Positions 8,801-15,898 of a stretch of DNA of 16,058 nt are shown here, in pieces. Numbering within the stretch: position 1 is the first letter of the stretch; each line of letters begins with the position of its first letter. Under the pieces are notes generated by a model, which worked only from the letters and a program-made list of their open reading frames with translations, had not been told where the DNA came from and did not search any database. The translations under genes were made by a program, and so were the position numbers. The stretch covers positions 1-16,058 of the forward strand of contig JBEKHC010000109.1 in the NCBI GenBank assembly GCA_050012475.1, written 5' to 3'. This DNA comes from Candidatus Velthaea sp. GTDB lineage: Bacteria > Vulcanimicrobiota > Vulcanimicrobiia > Vulcanimicrobiales > Vulcanimicrobiaceae.

Positions 8801-9399
8801 CAGGGGTCGAGCGCCCGCAGCCGTTGAGCGAAGCGAATCGCGGCGGGATAGTCGCGGCGTTGCTGATGCCGCGCGACGAGGTTCAGGAGATTGTTCATCG
8901 CGATCGTGCGCAGGCGATCGCGATCGCGCACGATCCAGTCGTCGTCCAGATCGACGAGCAGATCGCCGCCGTAGAGCGCGTCGGCCGCAGTCGCTTCATC
9001 GGACGCGCTCAAGCGCTCGAACTCCGCGACGTCGAGCCGGTACGGTGCGGCGCTGTTCCAGCCGATGCTGGCGGCCGTCGTCACGATCCACGGCTCGTGC
9101 CGTTCAGGCAGCGCGCGCTGCACCAAGTGCAGCTTCCGGCGCAGGTTCGCCCGCGCGTCGGCTTCGTCGTCGTCGGGAAACAGCGTGAAGGCAACGTGTT
9201 CGCGCGACTGCGTGCGGTCGCGATTCAGCAACAGAAAAGCCAAGAGCCGAACGGCGTGCTGCGGCAGACGCAGCGGCAGCAGTCGACCGCCCTGGCGCGC
9301 GGCAATCGTGCCGAACAGCGTCAGTTCGAGTGGTTCCTCGGGCGCAGGCGCGCCCGCCGGTCGCCGGGCGGAGAGCGGCGCAACGACTGAGTTTCGCAT
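5845..9399 (-). CDS. AfsR/SARP-like large transcriptional regulator: wHTH + BTAD + STAND (AAA_16-type) ATPase + TPR
   Basis: 1184 aa. N-terminal LELTLFG...LLAFLLL...SREHVAFTLFP...NLRRKL; BTAD LDVAEFE...DPWREDA...GDRAGAL...MGVEPMPET; PFVSRERE; Walker A GEAGIGKS; Walker B LLVLEDLHWA; SEGNPFF; FSHQLI; C-terminal TPR-like helices. Confidence 0.93.
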   Translation of the reverse strand: MRNSVVAPLSARRPAGAPAPEEPLELTLFGTIAARQGGRLLPLRLPQHAVRLLAFLLLNRDRTQSREHVAFTLFPDDDEADARANLRRKLHLVQRALPERHEPWIVTTAASIGWNSAAPYRLDVAEFERLSASDEATAADALYGGDLLVDLDDDWIVRDRDRLRTIAMNNLLNLVARHQQRRDYPAAIRFAQRLRALDPWREDAVRTLIALRYAAGDRAGALTEYERFRTSLDAEMGVEPMPETVCAYERVLALADTTVAGGSAPGSERETSGLPFVSREREMEVLRAAWNEASGGTGSSLLVVGEAGIGKSRLIEEFATFADSNGGRVLRGGTTPFELAPYQAFSEALRGALPILRETAIEPLWLSVLASLVPQLQVAFPNLRRLTALDAEPERTRLFEAVEVAIDALSAARPTLLVLEDLHWAGSATIALFEHLARHAAKHRLLIVASYREEELPRTHLLRALRRRLERERLLRAIALGPLELPAIEQIVSNFVDDAPLHRTAIASYLHERSEGNPFFLGEVVANERESGFLDVALRHWQQRDVPPDPLASLTSTLNARLERLSVRARTIAEIAGVVGRAFSAELVREVSGADERSTLDALGELVDRRLVREVGANGSNFAFSHQLIVQNVYAGLSPETRQHRHRRVGTVMEELYGEQLEAFAAEIASHFDRGGEPEHAADYYRLAARHALTLYGSEEARTLAARGYELAGNDLTRFRTVEIIEEAARRLGNRESQRSSIAQLLSLAGSIGDAELLRETLLRQIRLAHDCAERDQERDAIDALAAALPGASARWAATFAQLRGSYLTSVDAYREARAVLSDILENVSPHDYPGIYVDCRCALADLACFEGRVADVRAFLDEVPSFERQYDAARVVRLLETACGAANTIQDNVALAACAEQLLRCSRAIGYREAEATAYRYAARAAWQLFEIERAGDFFARALEMFASMGQRFKQLLVLADIANMKTYLGKFDEALELFAAADALAVAISYGFGHVACVNNISYAAYLKGDFALARASAKQALELVDALEAPTVRAHALVNLGVAERELDNVDAAIAHLERGTTLERELNETIALGEDLCELIIALLRNNRIERAVELSAEVLALAENATLRFPHRQYLLWTVAAVRRATDDEDGARTLLGRARTILDTLEATIADAESRVTFRRLRYNAAIDEAFDRAHWQI

Positions 9400-9440
9400 G
9401 GTCTAGCGCACATCCACCATTGATACCGCGTGTGCCATGC

Positions 9441-9470
9441 AGGATACGGGCGGACCTTCGGACTTGTCAA
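9441..9470 (-). promoter_or_regulatory. Putative sigma70-type promoter for the SARP/STAND regulator
   Basis: Minus strand TTGACA (9470-9465)-N18-TATCCT (9446-9441), about 40 nt upstream of ATG 9399. Confidence 0.55.
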
Positions 9471-9533
9471 GGCCGGGGGACTCGCGGTCCGGGCCATGTA
9501 ACTCCGCTTCAACCTTTTCTGGAGACCCGCTTC

Positions 9534-10700
9534 GTGTCGAAAAACCTGCTCTTCATCCCTGGACCCGTTACCGTCGCTCAATCGGTTCTCGATGCGACCG
9601 GCCGACAGATGATCGATCATCGCGGTCCGCGCTTTCACGAACTGCTCGACACCCTCGCGGCGCGCCTCAAACCGATTTTCGGAACGGCCGTCGCGGACGT
9701 CCTAATTTTGGGCGGTTCGGGCACGGGCGGTTTGGAAGCAGCGGTCGGCAACATGTTCGGAGCGGGCGATACGCTGTTGGCGTGTCCGGTCGGAGTGTTC
9801 GGCCAGCGCCTGATCGCGATCGCGAAAGCGTTCGGCTGCACGGTCGAAGTGCTCGATACGCCGTGGGGCAGCGGGGTCGACCCGCACGCACTGCGCGCGC
9901 GCCTGGAGGCCGACACCGAGAAACGAATCACCGGCATCCTCCTCACGCACAACGAGACCTCGACCGGGGTTCAAAACGTAATGGGTCCCTTGGCCGAGAT
10001 CACGCGCAAACACGGCGCGTATGTCGTCGTCGATTCGGTCAGCGGCCTGGGAGGCAGCGAATTCACGATGGATGCGTGGGGTTTCGACGTCGTGGTGACG
10101 GCTTCGCAAAAGGTGCTGGCGGCGCCGCCGGGATTAACGATGGTTGCCGTCGCTCCCCGAGCGTGGGCGAAGATCGAATCCAACCCGTCGCCCCGCTTTT
10201 ATTTCGATCTCGGCAAAGCGCGCGATTTTGCCAAGCTGGGGCAAACGCCGTGGACGCCGCCGGTCTCGATCGCCTATGCGCTCGATGCGGCGCTCGATCT
10301 CTTCGAAGCCGATGGGCCGCCCGTGGTGTGGGCTCGGCACGCCCGGTACGCCCGTGCGGTGCGCGCGGCATGCGAGGCGCTGCAGCTGGAGATCTTCTCG
10401 CAGGAAGGCGCGCACTCGGTGACCGTGGTTGCGGCGAAGGTGCCGGCGGGTTTGGACGGCGACGCCATTCGCAAGGTTCTGCGTGAGGAACGCGGCATCA
10501 CGCTGGGCGGCGGTCAAAAGGAGCTCAAAGGCAAGATCATCCGCATCGGCACGATGGGCGACTTGTCGCAAACCGACATCCTCGGCATGCTCGGCGCACT
10601 CGAGATTGCGCTGCTCAACGCGGGACAGCCCGTCCAAATCGGCACCGGAGCGAAAGCTGCCCTCGAAGTCTTCCTAATGGACGCCGCCGTCCCAGCCTAA
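9534..10700 (+). CDS. Class V PLP-dependent aminotransferase (alanine-glyoxylate/serine-pyruvate family)
   Basis: GTG 9534 preceded by GGAG at 9521-9524. Motifs LLFIPGPV, MIDHRG, GSGTGGLEAA, HNETSTGV, VVDSVS, PLP lysine in TASQK, QTPWTPPV, IRIGTMG. The track's start at 9330 overlaps the divergent gene. Confidence 0.95.
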   Translation: MSKNLLFIPGPVTVAQSVLDATGRQMIDHRGPRFHELLDTLAARLKPIFGTAVADVLILGGSGTGGLEAAVGNMFGAGDTLLACPVGVFGQRLIAIAKAFGCTVEVLDTPWGSGVDPHALRARLEADTEKRITGILLTHNETSTGVQNVMGPLAEITRKHGAYVVVDSVSGLGGSEFTMDAWGFDVVVTASQKVLAAPPGLTMVAVAPRAWAKIESNPSPRFYFDLGKARDFAKLGQTPWTPPVSIAYALDAALDLFEADGPPVVWARHARYARAVRAACEALQLEIFSQEGAHSVTVVAAKVPAGLDGDAIRKVLREERGITLGGGQKELKGKIIRIGTMGDLSQTDILGMLGALEIALLNAGQPVQIGTGAKAALEVFLMDAAVPA

Positions 10701-10807
10701 CCTGGGATGCACTGGTTTCGCCCTGGACGTCGTCGCTACGCGGCTCATTTGCTCGCGCAAACTTCGCCGCTATGCTCCTCGCCAGGACAAAACCAGAGCA
10801 TCCCAGG
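10701..10807. repeat. 107-bp imperfect palindromic element
   Basis: Nested arm pairs CCTGGGATGC/GCATCCCAGG, CTGGTTT/AAACCAG, CCTGG/CCAGG, GCGGC/GCCGC and TTTGC/GCAAA. Confidence 0.7.
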
Positions 10808-10883
10808 CTTGAACCACAGCCCAAACCGTGCGCGCCTGCCGCCCCCAACACCGCAGGCTCGCCCAAGTCGGTGGGCGTGCGGC

Positions 10884-10971
10884 TTCGGCCCCAAAGGGGC
10901 CGAAACGCCACGGGTTCGGCCCAACGGGCCGAACCCTGAGTGGCACCCATCGGCCGTTCAGGCCGATGGGT
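10884..10971. repeat. Three tandem REP-like hairpins sharing a TCGGCC...GGCCGA core
   Basis: TTCGGCCCC-AAA-GGGGCCGAA (10884-10904), GGGTTCGGCCC-AAC-GGGCCGAACCC (10912-10936), ACCCATCGGCC-GTTCA-GGCCGATGGGT (10945-10971). Confidence 0.75.
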
Positions 10972-11462
10972 CAACGCATGTGACCAGCGCGAGCGGCGGC
11001 GCTGTGAGCGCAAGCGTTTTCGACGTAGTCCGCGATCGAACGCAAGAGGTCGCGCGCCGAGGCGCGTGCGATCCGGCGCCCGAGCGCGGCGTCGATCCAC
11101 TCGCTGACCGCACCGAAACGCAGCTCGTAATGGCCGCTTACCAGGAGCCCGAAACAATCGTCGAAGGGGCTTTTTTCGACGGCAAGCGCGCCCGCGAACT
11201 CGGGAAACGGGGCGCCCGCGCGCGGTGACCAGGTCACCGAGTACGTGGGATGCGGATCGCTGACCGAACGCAGCGGGTAGAGGGTCGCAACGATGCGGCG
11301 CTCGATGATCGATCGCCGTTCCGCGAACAGGTTCAGCGGGAGTCGAAGCGAGACGCTTACCGTGCCGTCTCCGACTTGATGGTCGGCGATGAACGAGCTC
11401 AGGTGACGGGATGCTTCCCGATCGGGGCAGTGAACGACAAGCCGCTCGCTGATGTCCGTCAT
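10971..11462 (-). CDS. Conserved-looking hypothetical protein (163 aa), possibly SRPBCC/START-like fold
   Basis: ATG 11462 with SD GGGAG at 11469-11473. Several beta-strand-like segments followed by a long C-terminal helix (FPEFAGALAVE...LLVSGHYE...DAALGRRIARASARDLLRSIADYVE). The fold assignment is inference. Confidence 0.7.
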   Translation of the reverse strand: MTDISERLVVHCPDREASRHLSSFIADHQVGDGTVSVSLRLPLNLFAERRSIIERRIVATLYPLRSVSDPHPTYSVTWSPRAGAPFPEFAGALAVEKSPFDDCFGLLVSGHYELRFGAVSEWIDAALGRRIARASARDLLRSIADYVENACAHSAAARAGHMR

Positions 11463-11546
11463 CTCGATCTCCCTTCGGACCCTCATTTTAGCGCGAAATC
11501 CGGCGCGCGCAATCATGCCGGCGTGCCTTTGCCGGCGAGCTTTGGC

Positions 11547-12083
11547 TCAAACCCGATGGTTGACGAAGATGGGGTCCGCAAACGGTTTGACCGCTGACGG
11601 AAGCGCGCCCCGCATCACGGCGTCGACGCGTGCATTGGGCTGGGTGACGATCGACGCGAGGGTGGAGTGGCGCAGATCGCTGCGCACGTCGTGGGTGAGC
11701 GGAAAGAAGAGTGCGACGTAGAGGACGGCCCAAGCGCCGACGAGCGCCTTGGCCAGCCCAACCGCCGCACCCGCGGCGCTGTTCCCCAGCGAGATCACGG
11801 GAAGCCGCGCGAACCGTCCGAAGATCCACGCCAGCGCCATCACCGCGGCGTAGACCGCCAGCGCGAACACCACCATGCCGACAATATGCGCCGCGCCCGC
11901 ACTCGCGTGCACGTAACGCTGCGCTAGATCGTCGAGCGACCCCGGATAGCGTAAGGCAGCGACGATCGCCGCGCCGACGGCTACGGCGCCCGAGAGCTCC
12001 GCGACAAAACCGCGCTTCCAACCTTTGAGCGCGAAGATCAGCGCCAGACCGGCGATGACGAGGTCGGGCCAAGTCGGCGTCAT
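11547..12083 (-). CDS. cvpA: CvpA (colicin V production) family membrane protein
   Basis: The ATG overlaps the pheT stop (ATGA). WPDLVIAGLALIFALKGWKRGFVAEL...NSAAGAAVGLAKAL...S.LA matches the CvpA pattern; about 4 TM; position after pheT is typical. Confidence 0.88.
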   Translation of the reverse strand: MTPTWPDLVIAGLALIFALKGWKRGFVAELSGAVAVGAAIVAALRYPGSLDDLAQRYVHASAGAAHIVGMVVFALAVYAAVMALAWIFGRFARLPVISLGNSAAGAAVGLAKALVGAWAVLYVALFFPLTHDVRSDLRHSTLASIVTQPNARVDAVMRGALPSAVKPFADPIFVNHRV

Positions 12084-14470
12084 CCGCGCAGCGTCGCCCC
12101 GTGCGCGGCACCCAATTCGCTCAGCGCGAGTTGCAAGATGGCGTCCGCCTCGCCGTCGGTCAGCGTGGTGTCGTCGCGTTGCAGAACGACGCGGACGGCC
12201 AAGCTCTTCTTGCTCGCGCCGATCTGCGGACCGCGATACTCGTCGAAGACTTCCACGCTGCGCGCGAGCGGCGTCGAGGCGCGAATCGTCGCCTGGATGT
12301 CGGCAGCGCTGACACGCGGATCGACGACGATGGCGAGGTCGCGTTCGATCGCCGGATATCTCGAGAGCGGCCGGTACGGGTGCACGCGGTGCGGCGGCAG
12401 GTCGTCGATGAAGACCACGGCGCACACCGCATCGTCGCCGATGTCGACGGCGCGCAGCAAACGCGGATCGACGCTTCCGACGTAACCGACCGCCGTGCCG
12501 GCGGCGAGGATCCGCGCGGTTTTTCCCGGGTGCAGACCGGACATCGTTCCGCGTTCAAGCCGGGCGTCGCTGCCGGTGATGGTGCGCACGAGCGCGCGCA
12601 CGTCCGCTGACGCGGCCAAGAATGCCGCGTCGCGCCAAGCCGGCTGCCCGGCGACGGGTCTCGTGGTCGCAAGCGTGGTCAGGACGTTGATTTCGCGCGG
12701 AGCGGCCGGTTCGTCGGCAAAAACGTGACCGATCTCGAACGTTCGCAGCGGGCGCAGCGCGCGTTCGCGCGCGGCGTGTTCGAGCAATGCCGGCAAAATC
12801 GAAAAGCGCATCCAGCGTTGATCTTCCGATAAGGGATTGCGAATCTCGACGCAGGCGGGAACGTCGAGGCCGAACGAGCGCCAGCGCTCGGCGACGCTTT
12901 GCGGCTGCAGCGCCAACGTCAGACATTCGGCATAACCCAGACCGGCGAGGGTGCGCGCGATCGCCATCTCGCGGTCGTAGGCGGCGCTGTCGAGCGGTTG
13001 AGCCGCGATCGGCGGCAGCTCCGCTCGCACGTGATCGTAGCCGATGATGCGCGCGATCTCTTCGACCAGATCGGGCGCGATCGTCACGTCGGAGCGCCAG
13101 CCCGGCACCCCGACGCTGAATCGAGCTCCATCGTCCGAAGGGACCGGCGCGACGGTGAAGCCCAACGCTTCGAGCGCACGGCGCAGTTCGTCGGCCGTGA
13201 CGTCGAAGCCGAGCAAGCGCCCGACGTCGCGTTGGGCGAGTTGGATGATGGCCGGCGGCTCGAGCGGTTTTCCGTAAGCGCGTGGCGGCGCGGCCGTTCC
13301 GCCCTCGCGTTCGAGCAGAAACGCCGCGCGCGCCGCGCCGAGGTCGGCCAAGGCCGGCGGCAGATTTTTTTCATTGCGCGTCGAGGCTTCGCTGCGCAGT
13401 CCGAGTTTGACGCTCATGCGCCGGACGCGGGGGCCCGAAAAGTTCGCGCTCTCGATGACGATCTCGCGCGTGCTGTCCGAGACTTCACTGATCAGACCGC
13501 CCATGAGTCCGGCGAGCCCCGTTGCTTGCTCGTCGTCGGCGATGACCAGCGCGGTCGGATCGAGTTCGCGATCGGTTCCGTCCAGCGTCGTCAGCCGCTC
13601 GCGCGGCCGAGCGTCGCGCACGATGATGTGTTTCCCGGCAATTTTTTCGAAGTCGAAAAAGTGCAGCGGCTGACCGAGCTCGAGCATCACGAAATTCGAG
13701 ATGTCGACGAGATTGGAAATCGGCCGCTGTCCGGCGAGCGCCAAGCGAATCCGGATCGCCGCCGTGCCGCGCCGAACTTCGAGATGGGAAACGCGCTGAG
13801 CGATGTACCGTCGCGCGTCCAGACTTTCGAGCGTTACGCGCACGTCGCCGGCCGTCGATGGCGCGCCGTTGGTGCGCTCGGCCGACGCGCCCTCCGGGGG
13901 CGGGAAACGCAACGGCGTGCCAAAGGCGGCCGACAATTCGCGCGCGATTCCGACCATCGAGAACGCGTCGCCGCGATTGGCCCCGATCTCGATGTCGAGC
14001 ACGGGAAGATGCAGCCCGAAGAAGGCGACGACGTCGGTCCCGTTGGGCGTTGACGCATCGAGCTGCAGGATGCCGTCTTCGAACCACTCCGGGACGAGCC
14101 CGAGCTCGTCGGCCGAACACAACATTCCCTGCGAATCGATGCCGCGCATCTTGCGCGGTTCGATCTTCAATTGCGGAAGCTGCGCGCCGATGGTTGCGAC
14201 CGGCACGACCTGATGGAGCGCGACGTTCGTCGCGGCGGTCGCGATGGTCAAGGGTGCCGCGGCACCGACATCCAGCCGGCATACCTGCAGCCGGTCGGCG
14301 TTGGGATGTTTCGCGAGTTCGACGATCGAGCCGGCGAGCACCCCGCTGATGACGGGCCGTTGTTCGACGGTCTCGACCGGAAAGCCGAGCGTCGCCAAGC
14401 GCGCGACGATTGCATCGACGTCGGCCGGCAGGTCGACGTAGTCGCGCAGCCAGCCCAGTGGAACGCGCAT
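12080..14470 (-). CDS. pheT: Phenylalanine--tRNA ligase beta subunit
   Basis: Starts MRVPLGWLRDYV at 14470, overlapping the pheS stop (TAATG). KHPNADRL, MRGIDSQGMLCS, NRGDAFS, GQPLHFFD, WRSDV...DLVEEIARIIGYD, NPLSED, SRYPAIERDLAIVV, ends LRG. 796 aa. Confidence 0.98.
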   Translation of the reverse strand: MRVPLGWLRDYVDLPADVDAIVARLATLGFPVETVEQRPVISGVLAGSIVELAKHPNADRLQVCRLDVGAAAPLTIATAATNVALHQVVPVATIGAQLPQLKIEPRKMRGIDSQGMLCSADELGLVPEWFEDGILQLDASTPNGTDVVAFFGLHLPVLDIEIGANRGDAFSMVGIARELSAAFGTPLRFPPPEGASAERTNGAPSTAGDVRVTLESLDARRYIAQRVSHLEVRRGTAAIRIRLALAGQRPISNLVDISNFVMLELGQPLHFFDFEKIAGKHIIVRDARPRERLTTLDGTDRELDPTALVIADDEQATGLAGLMGGLISEVSDSTREIVIESANFSGPRVRRMSVKLGLRSEASTRNEKNLPPALADLGAARAAFLLEREGGTAAPPRAYGKPLEPPAIIQLAQRDVGRLLGFDVTADELRRALEALGFTVAPVPSDDGARFSVGVPGWRSDVTIAPDLVEEIARIIGYDHVRAELPPIAAQPLDSAAYDREMAIARTLAGLGYAECLTLALQPQSVAERWRSFGLDVPACVEIRNPLSEDQRWMRFSILPALLEHAARERALRPLRTFEIGHVFADEPAAPREINVLTTLATTRPVAGQPAWRDAAFLAASADVRALVRTITGSDARLERGTMSGLHPGKTARILAAGTAVGYVGSVDPRLLRAVDIGDDAVCAVVFIDDLPPHRVHPYRPLSRYPAIERDLAIVVDPRVSAADIQATIRASTPLARSVEVFDEYRGPQIGASKKSLAVRVVLQRDDTTLTDGEADAILQLALSELGAAHGATLRG

Positions 14471-15498
14471 TAGGCGAGCTGCTCCAAGAACGCCGGTTTG
14501 TTTTCGATGAATTCGCGAATATCGTTCACATCGTATTTCTTCATCGCGATTCGTTCCAGACCGCAGCCGAACGCCCAGCCGGTAACGGCATCCGGATCGT
14601 AGCCGACACTGCGCAGGACATTGGGATGCACCATCCCCGAACCGCCGATCTCGATCCAGCCCGAACCGCTGCACGTGCGGCAGCCGCTCCCGCCGCAGCC
14701 GGGGCACGAAACGTCGACTTCGGCGCTGGGCTCGGTGAACGGAAAGAACGACGGCCGGAAGCGGATCTCTTGCGCGGGTCCGAACAGCTCGCGCATCACC
14801 CCGGTGAGCACCCCTTTGAGATGGCCGAAGTGAATGCCGTGCCCGACCATCAAGCCCTCGACTTGATGGAATTGATACAAATGGCGCGCGTCGACGGCGT
14901 CGCGCCGATAGGCTTTGCCCGGCACGATGATGGCGATCGGCGGTCCGCTCGTGCGCATCGCGCGCACCTGCATCGGCGAGGTGTGCGTGCGCAGCAGTAA
15001 ATCGGGGCGCAGATAAAATGAATCGAAGCCTTCGCGCGCCGGATGGTCCGGCGGGATGTTGAGGGCGTCGAAATTGTTCGCGTCGGTCTCGATCTCGGGG
15101 CCGAGCACGATCGCGAAGCCGTGGCGCGAAAAATAACGCGCGACGTCGTCCATGACCGCGCGAACGGGATGCAGGCTGCCGATGCGCGCGCGCGGAGCGG
15201 GAAACGTTACGTCGATCGTGTCGCTCAGCGACGCCTCGACCGCCGCGCGTTCCAAGGCCGCTTGTGCGGCCACCAGCTGCGCCTCCATCTCGCCGGCCGC
15301 GACGTTGATGACCTTTCCGGCGTTGGGCCGTTCGGCGGGCGGTATCGTACCGATGCCGCGGCGCAGCACGGTGAGTTCGCCGGTCCGACCAAGATAGGTC
15401 ACGCGGACGTGATCGAGCGCGCGCTCGTCGCTTGCCGCGGCCACGTCGCGCGCGAAGCGCTCCTTTAACGTACGTAAGCCGGAATCGAGATCGGTCAT
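14470..15498 (-). CDS. pheS: Phenylalanine--tRNA ligase alpha subunit
   Basis: Starts MTDLDSG at 15498. GSLHP, NFDALNIPPDHPAR, LLRTHTSPMQ, FHQVEGL, RFRPSFFPFTEPSAEVD, CPGCGGSGCRTC insert, GSGMVHP, GWAFGCGLERIAM. Confidence 0.98.
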   Translation of the reverse strand: MTDLDSGLRTLKERFARDVAAASDERALDHVRVTYLGRTGELTVLRRGIGTIPPAERPNAGKVINVAAGEMEAQLVAAQAALERAAVEASLSDTIDVTFPAPRARIGSLHPVRAVMDDVARYFSRHGFAIVLGPEIETDANNFDALNIPPDHPAREGFDSFYLRPDLLLRTHTSPMQVRAMRTSGPPIAIIVPGKAYRRDAVDARHLYQFHQVEGLMVGHGIHFGHLKGVLTGVMRELFGPAQEIRFRPSFFPFTEPSAEVDVSCPGCGGSGCRTCSGSGWIEIGGSGMVHPNVLRSVGYDPDAVTGWAFGCGLERIAMKKYDVNDIREFIENKPAFLEQLA

Positions 15499-15547
15499 GG
15501 TCGGTATGAGGTGCTCCGAACGCCAGTCGGAGCACACCGTGCTCCGC

Positions 15548-15582
15548 AAAGAGGAACGCCCGGTTACTACCGGGCGTTCCTC
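15548..15582 (-). terminator. Perfect 14-bp inverted repeat between the yqzL-like gene and pheS; terminator/attenuator-like
   Basis: GAGGAACGCCCGGT-4nt-ACCGGGCGTTCCTC, followed on the minus strand by only TTT (short U-tract). Confidence 0.6.
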
Positions 15583-15624
15583 GCAATTCACTTTGTTACC
15601 GGGCAACTCCCCGGCGGGCCAGTG

Positions 15625-15726
15625 CTACGATGTCGTCGGGGCCGGATGCAAATGGCGGTACATGATGTACGCGTTGATCGATCCGGTGCTGGCGAACAGT
15701 TTCCAGAAAATCTCCGAAGTGCGCAT
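15625..15726 (-). CDS. YqzL-like small protein (33 aa)
   Basis: Below the ORF-track cutoff. MRTSEIFWKLFASTGSINAYIMYRHLHPAPTTS* matches the YqzL pattern FW..F..TG.I.AYL.YK. AAAAGGGG SD-like sequence upstream. Confidence 0.85.
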   Translation of the reverse strand: MRTSEIFWKLFASTGSINAYIMYRHLHPAPTTS

Positions 15727-15810
15727 CTGTCGGCGATACCCCTTTTGTCCAACGTTTCGAGCGTAAAATATTCGGCCGCGAGCGAGGTGGGTTTTGACGT
15801 TGTTGCAGCG

Positions 15811-15839
15811 AGTATATCATCGCGGTAGTGAGCCGCCAA
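15811..15839 (-). promoter_or_regulatory. Putative sigma70 promoter with extended -10 for yqzL-pheS-pheT-cvpA
   Basis: Minus strand TTGGCG (15839-15834)-N17-TATACT (15816-15811), with TGn directly before the -10. Confidence 0.6.
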
Positions 15840-15842
15840 GAC

Positions 15843-15898
15843 TTGACAAGCAACGTTTTTGTGCGGCTTGACAAAGCTATTGACAAGCTATTGACAAG
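15843..15898. repeat. Four TTGACAA copies including an 11-bp tandem repeat
   Basis: TTGACAA at 15843, 15868, 15880 and 15891. AAGCTATTGAC occurs twice in tandem at 15874-15895. Confidence 0.8.

Noticed and set aside
10884..10971. Possible mini CRISPR array
   Set aside because: The hairpins are not identical repeats, the gaps are only 7-8 nt, and there are no cas genes.
10707..11228. 173-aa plus-strand ORF after the aminotransferase
   Set aside because: It runs through the palindromic repeats and antisense to the 10971..11462 gene, and its composition is Pro/Arg-rich and low in information.
3050..14053. Long antisense ORFs (3050..4366, 5851..7206, 8275..9390, 12899..14053)
   Set aside because: They are shadow frames opposite well-supported genes, expected at this GC content, and show no recognisable motifs.
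14678..14710. CxxC-CxxC insert in PheS
   Set aside because: This is a common feature of PheS in many bacterial lineages and is not novel.
14471..15586. ORF track extends PheT to 1168 aa, suggesting a long N-terminal extension or overlapping gene
   Set aside because: The extension is an Arg-rich off-frame reading of pheS. The canonical PheT N-terminus starts at ATG 14470, coupled to the pheS stop.
15499..15810. T-box riboswitch or pheM-type leader for pheS
   Set aside because: No GGTGGNACC T-box bulge (closest is GGTAGTAACC), no recognisable specifier stem, and the small ORF has only two Phe codons.
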